Source: Nitrosopumilus sp.
GTDB lineage: Archaea; Thermoproteota; Nitrososphaeria; Nitrososphaerales; Nitrosopumilaceae
NCBI GenBank assembly: GCA_965219345.1
Contig: OZ244732.1
Coordinates: 224,001 to 288,000 of the forward strand
Length of the DNA stretch: 64,000 nt
Reading direction: 5' to 3'
Below the pieces are notes generated by a model that was given only the letters and a program-made list of their open reading frames with translations, did no database searches and was not told where the DNA came from. How positions within the stretch are numbered: position 1 is the first letter of the stretch; every line of letters starts with the position of its first letter. Shown piece by piece: positions 20,833-31,193 of the stretch. Made by a program: the position numbers and the translations under genes.

Positions 20833-21458
20833 ATGACTGTTGTTCCTCCTCAGTCAGATACAAAACGATTCAATTGTCCTTTTGCAATGCATTTGCAGAT
20901 CAGTACTGAAGGCAATCATATTTTACTACAGAAACTGGTAGTGTGAATACTGGTTTTAAAATTTCGAAATGTAAGAGTTGCAATAGGATAGCTGCATGGT
21001 TTCAAGGGAAGTTAGTTTTTCCGGATGTAATCACTGCTCCTTTACCTAATTCAGACATGCCTGAAACAATTAAAAATGATTTTGAAGAAGCAAGAACAAT
21101 TTCAACAAGATCACCTCGCGGTGCATGTGCATTATTGAGATTATGTGTTGAAAAATTATGTATTCATTTAGGAGAAGAATCTGGAGACTTGAGTGCAAAA
21201 ATTGGAAACCTTGTTACTAGAGGCTTAAGACCAGAAATTCAACAATCATTGGATGCTGTAAGAGTGATAGGCAATGAAGCTGTACATCCAGGAGAATTAG
21301 ATGTTGGAGATAATCCTGAAATAGCAAATGCATTGTTTTCACTGGTAAATTTGATTGTTCAAACAATGATTACAGATCCTAAAAAAGCACAAGTAATTTT
21401 TGATAAAATTCCTCAGAATAAGAAAGACGGAATCGAACAAAGAGATAACCCTACATGA
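20833..21458 (+). pseudogene. DUF4145 (HEPN-like) protein with Zn-ribbon N-terminus, 5' part disrupted
   Basis: EEA...SPRGACALLRLCVEKL...RVIGNEAVH; upstream FNCP(F)CNAFA frame broken by a frameshift at ~20880 and a TGA at ~20907; intact part is 20943-21458. Confidence 0.75.
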
Positions 21459-21654
21459 TTTCAAAAAGTACGGGACAAGAAATGATATTAGTTTGATATG
21501 GGACTTGGAGGCTTCGATCCATTTTTGAATTATTTGAAGAATAAATTAAAAAATTAAACTTTGTTACAACATCAAGACTCATTTTAGGAACGATTTGTAG
21601 TTGCAAAATAATCATTTGGGAAATCATGGGACAAGAAACAACTACACAGTGTAA

Positions 21655-21728
21655 TGGGCCCGAAGGGCTTCGATCCCTTGGCTCACCGGTTATGAGCCGG
21701 TTACTCTACCAAGCTGAGTTACGGGCCC
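21655..21728 (-). tRNA. tRNA with CAT anticodon (likely tRNA-Ile2)
   Basis: GGGCCCGTAACTCAGCTTGGTAGAGT...CCGGCTCATAACCGG...CCCTTCGGGCCCA cloverleaf; the GGGCCC acceptor is typical of archaeal Ile2. Confidence 0.9.
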
Positions 21729-21769
21729 TAAGCAGATGAATTTTTTCTTAGGTATAAAATGTTGTGAGA

Positions 21770-22402
21770 TTAACAGTATTCCTCATAACAACTATCAAGC
21801 AACAAGTTTTGTGCAGAAATAGATCTGTCTGCAATTTCAAGCAAGTCATTTGAGTCAGTTGAAGATATTTCCAGAATATTTCTCCATGATGCAGTGTGTC
21901 TAATGTCGGCTTCGGTGTGGAGTTTGAAGTATTCTGTCGCTTCATTACTGGTCATTCCATAGAATTCTGCCAATCCATCAAGTTTTGTTTGACTGATTTT
22001 GGGGATTTCTTTTTCAAAAGCATACATTGCGCATGCACCACCTTCAAAGGTACTCATTAATTCATTCAAATCAGACACAGCTTTACGAGTTTTGGTTAAT
22101 CCAGCGTATGAGGTTAGTTCATCCTCAGATACGCCAAGTTCTTCTGCAAAGTAAATCCATGGCTTTACATGATCAGATTCTTCTTGTTGGTTTGCAACTA
22201 ATTCGCTGATTACTGAACCAGGTGCTTTTTCAATAATTGGAGTCATAAAAGATGGAACTGCTTTAACAAGTTGAAAATATTCTTTAGAATAACCTGCCAG
22301 AGATTCCTGTGTTAACTTTCCATCAGACCACATCCGGTAGAATGGATGTTTTAGTAAACTTCTTTCCCCAATCATCGTATCAATTTTTTTTATTATATTC
22401 AT
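21770..22402 (-). CDS. PqqC/TenA/CADD-like heme-oxygenase-fold protein
   Basis: LLKHPFY..W..G, EE..H, YAFE, YFKLH.EAD..H diiron-type motifs. Confidence 0.85.
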   Translation of the reverse strand: MNIIKKIDTMIGERSLLKHPFYRMWSDGKLTQESLAGYSKEYFQLVKAVPSFMTPIIEKAPGSVISELVANQQEESDHVKPWIYFAEELGVSEDELTSYAGLTKTRKAVSDLNELMSTFEGGACAMYAFEKEIPKISQTKLDGLAEFYGMTSNEATEYFKLHTEADIRHTASWRNILEISSTDSNDLLEIADRSISAQNLLLDSCYEEYC

Positions 22403-22482
22403 GTTTCATCTCCAAATCTGCTAATAAAAAAATCTTTGTGGTTTACAAAAGATTTTATGGTCAGAATACTGAATTTTCTTGG

Positions 22483-22576
22483 GTTCCAGTGGTGTAGACC
22501 GGTCAAGCATTTTGCCCTTTCAAGGCAAAGATCCCGGGTTCAAAATCTAACGATGAAAATCCCGGCTGGAGCACCA
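22483..22576 (+). tRNA. tRNA-Glu(TTC) with 15-nt T-loop intron (22545-22559) and encoded CCA
   Basis: Cloverleaf with anticodon TTC; T-loop interrupted by a bulge-helix-bulge (TTCA/TGAA helix, AAA and AAT bulges). Confidence 0.92.
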
Positions 22577-22617
22577 AGATTTAATTACTAATAACAAAGT
22601 TTTTTGATCAGGCCATT

Positions 22618-23469
22618 TTGGATCGAAAAAATATTGAGATTAATCCTTTGCTTGGGACATATGGTAAATATATTAAAAAAATAGATCAGGCATTAGATAA
22701 TGAACTAGATCTTTATTCTGAATCAGAATTCATTGAACCGATAAAGTATTCCTTAGACGGTGGAAAACGAATCAGACCTATTATTTTGACCTTGGCTGCG
22801 GAATGCGTGGGTAAAATTGATGAAAATACTTTTGCAGCATCTTGTGCAGTTGAGTTTTTACATATGGAATCAATCATCCATGATGACATTATTGATAATG
22901 AGACTATGAGAAGGCAGAAGGATCCATTCCATATCAAATATGGATACAATACCAGTGTCCTTACAGGAGACTTTGTTTTGGGATTAATTCTTGCAATATC
23001 TTCCAGATTGGACAATGTTAGAATTACAAAAGATTTGGCTACCACTGCCATGTTGATGAGTGAAGGGGAAATGATTGAAAGCAGGCTAGAAACCAGTGAA
23101 GATGTTACGTTTGCTGACTACCTTAAAGTAATTGAATACAAGACAGCAACGGCATTTGAAGTTGCAGCTAGAACAGGTGCAATTATTGCAAATGGAACAG
23201 AGGACCAAATTGAAGCATTAACCGGATATGGAAAAAACATTGGAATTGCATATCAAATTAGGGATGATTTGTTAGATTGGAAAAATGAAGACAAGTTGTT
23301 TAATATGTTAATCAAGAAAAGTTTAGACCCAAGGGATATTTTTGACAAAATGGAAGACATGTTAAAAGAATATTCTGAAAAAGCAAGATCTTATTTGAGA
23401 AAGCTTCCAGATAATGATGCGAAGATTAGTCTAGATAATTTAATCAAGTTTACTTCATTCAAGGCATAA
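22618..23469 (+). CDS. Polyprenyl (geranylgeranyl) diphosphate synthase
   Basis: GGKRIRP, HDDIID..RR, KTA, YQIRDDLLD motifs. Confidence 0.93.
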   Translation: MDRKNIEINPLLGTYGKYIKKIDQALDNELDLYSESEFIEPIKYSLDGGKRIRPIILTLAAECVGKIDENTFAASCAVEFLHMESIIHDDIIDNETMRRQKDPFHIKYGYNTSVLTGDFVLGLILAISSRLDNVRITKDLATTAMLMSEGEMIESRLETSEDVTFADYLKVIEYKTATAFEVAARTGAIIANGTEDQIEALTGYGKNIGIAYQIRDDLLDWKNEDKLFNMLIKKSLDPRDIFDKMEDMLKEYSEKARSYLRKLPDNDAKISLDNLIKFTSFKA

Positions 23470-24943
23470 AGTCTAAACTGAAAACCGGAGTTGCAAATTC
23501 TACAAACTGTATGAGTGGTTCCGGATATACGCCAAATCCTATCAGGAAGATCATTGAGAAGATCATTACAGCAACAATTGATTTTGGTTCTTTAACTCGC
23601 TTCTCTGCTTCTCCTTCAAAGTACATCTTTCTTGTAATCCAGCCATAGTAAGCAAGAGACAAAGCACTGTTAAGTACACCGGCGATTGCAAGCCACGGAG
23701 CCCACCATAATGCAGAGCCAGCATCCAATGCACCGCCAAACAACATCAATTTGCTCCAGAATCCTGAAAGTGGGGGAACGCCAGCCAGTGCGAACAGTGA
23801 GATAACTAAAGCCAGAGCAGTAATTGGCATTCTTCTTCCCAGTCCCTGAAGTTTATCGAGATGAGTCACCGCAAGGGTCGTTACAATTCCCGCAATTGCA
23901 ATAAAGGCCATGCCTTTCATTACTGCATGATTCAGAATATGATACAAGGAACCTTGTAAACCGAGAGAACTATGTGGTGCAACCGCAAGCCCAATCAAAA
24001 TGTATCCAGCGTGTGCAATACTAGAATATGCCAGCATTCTAGTAAGATTCTTTTGCATGATTGCGGCAATATTACCAATTGTCATTGTCATGACTGCAAG
24101 AACACCAAGAGCTAATGTCCAGTCAAGATTTAGAACAACCATTCCAAGAACAATTATTCTTATTGCTGCGGCAAACCCTACTTTCTTTGTTCCTGCTGCA
24201 AGGAGAGCAGCGATTGGCGGTGGTGCGCCCTCATATGTATCGGGAAGCCATTGATGGAAAGGCACAAGTCCCATCTTGAATCCAAATCCTGCAATGAACA
24301 TTCCAACTGAAAGTAAAGCAAGTGGCAATAGGGACGGATCAAGTGTTGAATAGCCTTGAATAACTTCTCCAATGTTTGTAGAACCAGTCAATCCATATGC
24401 AACTGAAATTCCGTAAACAATGATTGCAGATGATAATGCACCAAACAAGAAATACTTTAGAGCTGCCTCATTTGAGCTTGGATTCTTTTTCATAAAGCCA
24501 ACCAAAATGTATGTTGGAAGACTCATGAGCTCCCAGGCAACAAACAACATTACCAGGTCAGTAGAATATGCCACTAACACCATACCAATTGTTGCAAGCA
24601 GAATTAGGGAATAGTATACGGCGGGAGAGTTATGTTTTCTCATGTAATTGAAAGAACCAACAGTAGTGAACAAAGCAACAATTAGCATTGCTATTGCAAA
24701 TAATCCGCCAAACGCATCATCAACAAGTACATCCTCCGAGAATAGAGCGGATGTCGTTACATTGTCATTTAGGAATTGATATCCAACATAGCCCATGGAT
24801 ACAGCTAATGCTGCAAAGGCAATTACGGCATAAAATGAGTTAGAACCTTGTTCTTTTCTTGCAATGCTAATGATTGGAATTATTATTCCAACGGTTCCCA
24901 AAATTGCCATTATAACCAACGGGGTGGAAGTAATCTCTAACAT
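23459..24943 (-). CDS. nuoN: Complex I subunit N
   Basis: EAALKYF, FKMGLVPFHQWLPDTYEGAP, RMLAYSSIAHAGY. Confidence 0.95.
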   Translation of the reverse strand: MLEITSTPLVIMAILGTVGIIIPIISIARKEQGSNSFYAVIAFAALAVSMGYVGYQFLNDNVTTSALFSEDVLVDDAFGGLFAIAMLIVALFTTVGSFNYMRKHNSPAVYYSLILLATIGMVLVAYSTDLVMLFVAWELMSLPTYILVGFMKKNPSSNEAALKYFLFGALSSAIIVYGISVAYGLTGSTNIGEVIQGYSTLDPSLLPLALLSVGMFIAGFGFKMGLVPFHQWLPDTYEGAPPPIAALLAAGTKKVGFAAAIRIIVLGMVVLNLDWTLALGVLAVMTMTIGNIAAIMQKNLTRMLAYSSIAHAGYILIGLAVAPHSSLGLQGSLYHILNHAVMKGMAFIAIAGIVTTLAVTHLDKLQGLGRRMPITALALVISLFALAGVPPLSGFWSKLMLFGGALDAGSALWWAPWLAIAGVLNSALSLAYYGWITRKMYFEGEAEKRVKEPKSIVAVMIFSMIFLIGFGVYPEPLIQFVEFATPVFSLDFMP

Positions 24944-24953
24944 TTCATATCAC

Positions 24954-27050
24954 CTATATCAACAATATCAGAACTACGAATAGTAATCCTGCTCCAAATA
25001 CGAATAGATAGGATTGCGAGACACCAGTCTGCGTTCCCTGGACAACTTTTGCGCTCCATCCAACTGCTTTCTGGAATCCATCGTTCATACCATAATCTAT
25101 TGCTGTTCTTTCAAAGTATCTGAACACACCTCTTGCCAGCCATAATGGTGCTGCAACAAAGCACCAGTATATGACGGCATTAAGATACCATCTGTTTAAG
25201 AGAAGTTTGTGAATACCATAAAAGAACAGGTTAGAGTTAACAAATTTTACGGGATCAACCCATCTACCAATATAGAAGATGTAACCTAGTCCAGCTCCTA
25301 TTGCAAACGCTGCTAATGATGAACCAACTGCAGCAGGATTAAGCCCTTGCGGGAATGCTGGTAGAATTGACGCCTCTATTGCATAATGTTCGGTGTGTAT
25401 ACCAAAGGAATTTTCAAGATAGTCTGTAAACGTATGGTGAAGTCCTTCTTCCATTGATAATCCAATAAGACCGATTCCAATAGTAAGAACTGCAAGAATT
25501 CCATATGGGACCCACATTGATAATGGTGCTTCATGGATATGATGCCCATCTTCTTCCATCTTTTCAATGTGTCTGCTCTTCTTTCCAAAGAAGACCAATC
25601 CCATCATTCTTGTAGTATAGAAAGCGGTAATGACTGCAGTTACTACAGCAATTGTAAACAGTGGAAGTGCCCATTCATTTCCGGATTCATAGACAGCAGC
25701 AAAGATTGCATCCTTACTCCAGAAACCTGTTGTGATAAATGGAGCACCCATCAAACCAAGACCAGCTGCCCACATGAATGCATAGGTTTTCTTCATCTGT
25801 TTTCTTAGACCTCCCATATCTGTCATAAATCTAGAGCCGACAACATGCAACAGAGAACCTGCTGCCATGAATAACGAAGCTTTGAACATCGCGTGGGAAA
25901 TTAAATGGAAGAATCCTGCAGTGTAACCATCAACATATTGATAAGATAATCCTGCGACACCCAATGCCATCATCATATAACCAATTTGGGAACCAGTGGA
26001 ATAAGCAAGAACTTTCTTAATTTCAGGATTGACCATTGCTTGTGTTGCAAGCAATAGTGCCGTAATTGCGCCAACCCAAGCAACAATCTCGAAGAATTGA
26101 TCAGCAAGAATTCCTGCCGCTCCCAATGCAAATACAAGGGGGCCTATTCTTGCAACCAAGAACACGCCTGCCTTAACCATAGTCGCTGCGTGAATCAATG
26201 CAGACACGGCAGTAGGACCAGTCATTGCTTCTAACAGCCATTCATTCAGCGGGAATTGTGCTGACTTTCCAACAGCTCCTCCAAAGATTAAAACAAACGC
26301 AGGAACCAAAAGCCCTTGAGAGGCCATTGTAACTGCCCATTCAGTATCTCCGATTAATTCTTTGAATCCAAAAGTACCCGCATACAAGAATATCAGGAGC
26401 ATACCTGCAATCATCATTACATCACCAACCTTGGTCATGATGAATGCCTTCATGCCAGAATGGGTTGGAGAATAGTAATCCAACATACCAAGAACAGTAC
26501 GTCCCTCAGTACCAACATGATCTTTCTTCTTGTCACGATACCAAAAGCTGATCAATGCATACGATGCAAGACCTACACCTTCCCATCCAAAGAATACTTG
26601 AAGCAGGTTATCAGACATGACAATCAACTGCATTGAACCAATGAAGAACATCATCCAGAACCAGAATCTTGTAATGTCTTTATCGCCTTTCATGTATCCC
26701 GTACTGTAAATCAAAATGAGAAATGAAATCCAGCCAACAACGTTTGACATTATAATGGAGAGCGGATCCGCCAAGATGCCAGCCTTAAGGCCAAGTGACT
26801 CGATCCATGGAATTTGATTATGTATTTCGCCGGCCTCCAAGGCAATTGGGATCATTGATGCCGCAGATAATGTACTCATCAAAGCAAATCCAACTGCAAC
26901 ATACCCGGTTGCATGTTTTGAAAGGTTGTTAGTTGCGTGTTTGGATAATTTCCCAATTCCAGGTATGACAAGAGCTGCAACAAATGGGAGAATCCAAACT
27001 AACCAAGCACTTGTTGCCCCAATTTCAAACCCCATTAACTCAGCTGCCAT
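24954..27050 (-). CDS. nuoL: Complex I subunit L
   Basis: GKSAQFPL..WL.EAM.GPT.VSALIHAATMV, HAMFKA, GFWSKD. Confidence 0.95.
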   Translation of the reverse strand: MAAELMGFEIGATSAWLVWILPFVAALVIPGIGKLSKHATNNLSKHATGYVAVGFALMSTLSAASMIPIALEAGEIHNQIPWIESLGLKAGILADPLSIIMSNVVGWISFLILIYSTGYMKGDKDITRFWFWMMFFIGSMQLIVMSDNLLQVFFGWEGVGLASYALISFWYRDKKKDHVGTEGRTVLGMLDYYSPTHSGMKAFIMTKVGDVMMIAGMLLIFLYAGTFGFKELIGDTEWAVTMASQGLLVPAFVLIFGGAVGKSAQFPLNEWLLEAMTGPTAVSALIHAATMVKAGVFLVARIGPLVFALGAAGILADQFFEIVAWVGAITALLLATQAMVNPEIKKVLAYSTGSQIGYMMMALGVAGLSYQYVDGYTAGFFHLISHAMFKASLFMAAGSLLHVVGSRFMTDMGGLRKQMKKTYAFMWAAGLGLMGAPFITTGFWSKDAIFAAVYESGNEWALPLFTIAVVTAVITAFYTTRMMGLVFFGKKSRHIEKMEEDGHHIHEAPLSMWVPYGILAVLTIGIGLIGLSMEEGLHHTFTDYLENSFGIHTEHYAIEASILPAFPQGLNPAAVGSSLAAFAIGAGLGYIFYIGRWVDPVKFVNSNLFFYGIHKLLLNRWYLNAVIYWCFVAAPLWLARGVFRYFERTAIDYGMNDGFQKAVGWSAKVVQGTQTGVSQSYLFVFGAGLLFVVLILLI

Positions 27051-27053
27051 ATT

Positions 27054-28607
27054 CTAAACCCCCAAAACCCCACTCATGTACGGAATTATTGTTTTGTAGA
27101 AGATGTCTGGATAAATTCCCAGAACAATTGAAAATCCTGCCAACACCATCATTGGTGCAGTCATGTACCAACTTCCTTCTTTTACATTTTCAAGGTGTTC
27201 AGGAGTTTTGCCGAAGAACACACGTTTCAGCATCCAGAGAAGATAAGACATTGTAAGGACAGTTGCAACAAGGCCCAAACCGAATCCTACTGCTCTAAGT
27301 GCAGAACCTTCCTCAAGTGCAGTCTCTAGTGCGCCGGCAAAGAGAATCCATTCTCCCATAAAACCACTGGTTGGCGGTATACCCATTATTGTCAAGGCAC
27401 CTATTACTGCACATACTGCTGTAATTGGCATCTTTCCAGCTAATCCTCCAAGTTTAGAGATACTTCTAGTTCCGACTTTAACGATAATAATTCCGGCCAT
27501 CATGAAGAGAATGCCCTTTCCAATAGCGTGTGTTACATACATCATCTCTGCACCTGTAAGGCCAAGTACGGAAATTGTACCAATGCCAAACAAGAGGTAA
27601 CCCATTTGGCTTATGCTAGAGTAAGCAAGAAGACGTTTCAGATCGTCTTGCATCAGTGCCATTGCACCGCCATAAATCATTGTAACAAGTCCCCAAATGT
27701 AGAACCATATTGAAAGGTCGGCAAATGTGGCAGGTAAGAATTCAACAATTAATCTGAAAATACCATAAGCACCAATTCCTATCATGGCTGGAGACAGCAG
27801 TGCACTAATTGGTGTTGGTGCAGCGCCGTGGACATATGGAAGCCAAATGTGGAACATAAAGACCGCTAGCTTAACACCAAGACCCAATGCAATCGCAACT
27901 GCGGAAAGCATTGCAATGTCCTGAGGGATTTCGGATTCATTGATATCCGCAAAGTCAAAACTTCCAACGGTAAGACCAATCATCAAAAAGCCCAACAGTA
28001 AAACAACTGCACCTGCGTGGGTCCAAAACAAGAACATCAAACCAATCTTTCTCCTATTACCTGCACCCCAAAGAGCAACTAGGAAGAAACCGGGAATCAG
28101 CATGATCTCAAAGAATACAAAGAATTCAATCAGGTTTGTTGCAAGAACGGTTCCAAGCATTCCCATTGCAAAGAGAAGATAAAGTGCAAAGTAGAGTCCT
28201 GACTTGGCATTTACATAATTTGAAAGAGCAGATGATTCAACCACCGAGGTTTGTCCACTTGTAGACGGGTTGATGCTATGTTCTTCCTCAAATTGATGGT
28301 GGAATATGTGAAGCATGTATGGTTTTGAGTAAAGTACCAGGATTGTAGATAGAACGTAAATCATTATCGCAAATGGTGATGCCAAACCATCCATCAAGAA
28401 ACCAAACTCACCAAACTGGCTTGTCCATGGATAATGTTCCTCGACAGTTCCAGAAAGTGCGGCATTAATTATTAGAATTGTGGTGTAAAGCAGGATTGCA
28501 AATGTAAACCACATTGCGGCTGTAGGACCAACCTTTCTTCCGATAATGTAAGCAACCGGAGCCAATAGGAGTGGCAGTACAACTGCCTGTAATAATGCAT
28601 ATTCCAC
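27054..28607 (-). CDS. nuoM: Complex I subunit M
   Basis: FFE.MLIP, KLAVFMFHIWLP..H..AP, DLKRLLAYSSISQMG. Confidence 0.95.
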   Translation of the reverse strand: MEYALLQAVVLPLLLAPVAYIIGRKVGPTAAMWFTFAILLYTTILIINAALSGTVEEHYPWTSQFGEFGFLMDGLASPFAIMIYVLSTILVLYSKPYMLHIFHHQFEEEHSINPSTSGQTSVVESSALSNYVNAKSGLYFALYLLFAMGMLGTVLATNLIEFFVFFEIMLIPGFFLVALWGAGNRRKIGLMFLFWTHAGAVVLLLGFLMIGLTVGSFDFADINESEIPQDIAMLSAVAIALGLGVKLAVFMFHIWLPYVHGAAPTPISALLSPAMIGIGAYGIFRLIVEFLPATFADLSIWFYIWGLVTMIYGGAMALMQDDLKRLLAYSSISQMGYLLFGIGTISVLGLTGAEMMYVTHAIGKGILFMMAGIIIVKVGTRSISKLGGLAGKMPITAVCAVIGALTIMGIPPTSGFMGEWILFAGALETALEEGSALRAVGFGLGLVATVLTMSYLLWMLKRVFFGKTPEHLENVKEGSWYMTAPMMVLAGFSIVLGIYPDIFYKTIIPYMSGVLGV

Positions 28608-28912
28608 TATCCTTTCAAACTCCTAAAGTCTGCAATATCGACATTTTGATACATGCGGTAAGCCACAATAATTAATGAAAGTCCAACTGCAACCTCTGCA
28701 GCTGCAATTGCAATTGAGAATAAGGCCAAAGTTTGACCACCGCTGTGGGGAATAAATCGGCCAAATGCGACAAGGTTGAGGTTTGCAGCGTTGATAATTA
28801 TTTCAATTGCAAAGAGCATTCGAATAAAATTACGTTTTACTGCAAGACCGTAAATTCCTATGCCCAGTAGAGCAACAGATACGAGTGTAAAGTCAATTAG
28901 TTCGTTGGTCAT
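28607..28912 (-). CDS. nuoK: Complex I subunit K
   Basis: RN.IRML.AIEIIINA, AAAEVAVGL. Confidence 0.93.
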   Translation of the reverse strand: MTNELIDFTLVSVALLGIGIYGLAVKRNFIRMLFAIEIIINAANLNLVAFGRFIPHSGGQTLALFSIAIAAAEVAVGLSLIIVAYRMYQNVDIADFRSLKG

Positions 28913-29405
28913 CTTCCACATCCACTCGTCTAGCTAAAACTAAAGCGCCAGTTACAGTACTTGCCAAAATTAAGCCCATCAAAATCAATGCAGGCCAGTA
29001 ATATGTTACAAAGTCTATACCAATATCTCTAAAATCAACTGGAGGTTCATCGGTAGTTATTGTTTTGATTCCAGAATCTATGAATACAGCACCCAATGAT
29101 ACCATTACTGAAAGCATCAATCCTATTCCTGCAAACTTTCTTCTCTTGTCTTCGATTTTTTTGAAGATGAGTTCTCTTTTTACCAACATTACAGTGAATA
29201 AAATTAGAACGGCAATAGAACCAACATAGACTGCAAGTTGGAACAATGCAACAAACGGTGCATCCAACAACAAGAAGAATCCAGCAATTCCGCCAAGAGA
29301 TCCCATCAAGGCAATTGAACCATAAATCAATGATCTCATTTCAAGTGCGGCAATTGCAGAACCAATTGTAATTACAGCTAAAGCAAGAAATGCAACATCA
29401 GCCAT
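28893..29405 (-). CDS. nuoJ: Complex I subunit J
   Basis: APFVALFQLAVYVGSIAVLILFTVML; position in operon. Confidence 0.93.
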   Translation of the reverse strand: MADVAFLALAVITIGSAIAALEMRSLIYGSIALMGSLGGIAGFFLLLDAPFVALFQLAVYVGSIAVLILFTVMLVKRELIFKKIEDKRRKFAGIGLMLSVMVSLGAVFIDSGIKTITTDEPPVDFRDIGIDFVTYYWPALILMGLILASTVTGALVLARRVDVEDDQRTN

Positions 29406-29895
29406 GTGATGCGCCTCTATCACTAATTACGATTTCACTATCTTGTGCAACGTATGGTTTTACCTGAAGTTGAGCAGGAGTGTAGATTAGACCTTCTTTA
29501 GAAAATGAAGATAGTTCATAGTCATTAGTCATATAAAGTGCATAAAACGGACATGCGTCAACACAAAGGCCACAGAAAACACATTTACCATAATCAATCT
29601 GAGGCATGATTGCTTTCTTGTTTTGTTTGTGTTCTTCCGGAACCTTTACCATTGCAATTGCTTCAGCAACTCCCTCACATGCAATGGAACATAATTGGCA
29701 ACCAGTACAGTTATCATGGAATAACATATGACGTCCCTTTAGTCCAGCAATTCCAACGCCAGTTGAGGGATCATATTGATATCCATCACCTACAAACTTT
29801 AGTTTCTCTTCAGGATAACGAAGTGTAAATCGCTTTATTGCAAGATGTTTAATTCCTGAGTTAAGTGCAAGGATAATACCCGTAGCAGTTCCCAT
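29398..29895 (-). CDS. nuoI: Complex I subunit I
   Basis: T..YPEE and two CxxCxxCxxxC ferredoxin motifs. Confidence 0.95.
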   Translation of the reverse strand: MGTATGIILALNSGIKHLAIKRFTLRYPEEKLKFVGDGYQYDPSTGVGIAGLKGRHMLFHDNCTGCQLCSIACEGVAEAIAMVKVPEEHKQNKKAIMPQIDYGKCVFCGLCVDACPFYALYMTNDYELSSFSKEGLIYTPAQLQVKPYVAQDSEIVISDRGASHG

Positions 29896-31193
29896 TATTG
29901 CAAACCTCCTGGTCCCAACACTCCAGCGTAAAGCAGACCCAGTGCAATAAAGATGTTAATGAAACAGAGTCCAATGAGCTTTGTCCAACCAAGATTCAAC
30001 AGCAGATCAACTCTAACTCTTGGGAACACGCCTCTTGGCAGTATTATAAAGAAGATTACTCCGACTGTTTTGAGAACAAACCAAAGTGCCCCATTAAGCA
30101 TTTCTTGTGAAAATATTGGCAATCCAGAAACTTTGAGAGTGATAGGGCCCATTTCGATTCCATCAGTAATTATTTCAGCTGGGAATGGAGGTACAACCAT
30201 TGGGCCATTCCAACCGCCAAGAAACAAGACAACAAACAAAGCTGCAAATGCATAAAGTTTCAGATAGGAGCCTAATTGAACAAGGCCATACATCATTCCA
30301 GATAGCTCTGTCAACCAGCCGGCTACAATTTCACTTTCCGCTTCTGGCAAGTCAAATGGAATTCTTTCTAATTCTGCAAGCATTGTGATAAAGAAGACAA
30401 TGGCGCCAATTGGCAAAAATATAATCCATGGAAAACTGGATTGACTTTCTGTAATTTCAGACAGGTTTAGGGTTCCAGTCAGCATGACAACCCCCAGCAA
30501 AGACAAGATTAATGGAATTTCGAATGAAACCATTTGGAACAAGGCCCGGATTCCTCCAATGAATGGGAACTTGCTGTTTGCAGACCATGCAGAAAGAATA
30601 GTAATGATTGGGAAGAATCCGATTACTGCAAATACTCCAAGTAGTCCCAAATCTATATCTGCAACTACCCAGCCGGGGGCAACGGGAATTAATGCAACAA
30701 ATGCAGCTGCAGTTGCAACAAAGAGTACTGGCGCTGCCCAGAAGATTGGCTTGTCAGCTTTGGCAGGAATGATAATTTCTTTAGAAATTAATTTTAGTCC
30801 GTCACCCATTAATTGTAAAATACCCTCAAGTTTTCCGCAGTAGAAAGGACCAACTCTTAGCTGTAGTTTTGCCATCATCTTTCTTTCAACGAAAATTGTT
30901 CCAGCAGCCAGTAATGCTGCAAAACCAAGTCCGGGAAATGCCATTACTCTAAATATGTCAGTTGTCATGAACGCTTGGATTATTGGAAGGGTACGTGAAG
31001 GATCTGCTATCCATGAATATGCAAGGAATGGGGTAAGTAGTTCTCCGTTAATTACAGGCATTTCAATTACGAACAGGATTACCATAGCTGCTGGAAGGCC
31101 AACTAAAACAAATATCATCAGGATCCAGAAGACATTATCAAATAATGATTTGATAAAATCACTCAGTTTGAATTTTGGTGCAATTAGTGACAT
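29895..31193 (-). CDS. nuoH: Complex I subunit H
   Basis: ERK..A..Q.R.GP, DGLKLISKE, RIPFDLPEAESE. Confidence 0.95.
   Translation of the reverse strand: MSLIAPKFKLSDFIKSLFDNVFWILMIFVLVGLPAAMVILFVIEMPVINGELLTPFLAYSWIADPSRTLPIIQAFMTTDIFRVMAFPGLGFAALLAAGTIFVERKMMAKLQLRVGPFYCGKLEGILQLMGDGLKLISKEIIIPAKADKPIFWAAPVLFVATAAAFVALIPVAPGWVVADIDLGLLGVFAVIGFFPIITILSAWSANSKFPFIGGIRALFQMVSFEIPLILSLLGVVMLTGTLNLSEITESQSSFPWIIFLPIGAIVFFITMLAELERIPFDLPEAESEIVAGWLTELSGMMYGLVQLGSYLKLYAFAALFVVLFLGGWNGPMVVPPFPAEIITDGIEMGPITLKVSGLPIFSQEMLNGALWFVLKTVGVIFFIILPRGVFPRVRVDLLLNLGWTKLIGLCFINIFIALGLLYAGVLGPGGLQ

Larger units (their letters stand above)
12994..21667. mobile_element. Genomic island 1, integrated at the 3' end of tRNA(CAT)
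   Basis: 14-bp direct repeat ATGGGCCCGAAGGG at 12994-13007 and 21654-21667 (tRNA 3' end); interior is IS remnants and accessory genes. Confidence 0.7.

Noticed and set aside
20900-20912. In-frame TGA as recoding (Sec or Trp readthrough)
   Set aside because: It is accompanied by a nearby frameshift and no SECIS-like element was seen; simple decay is more likely.
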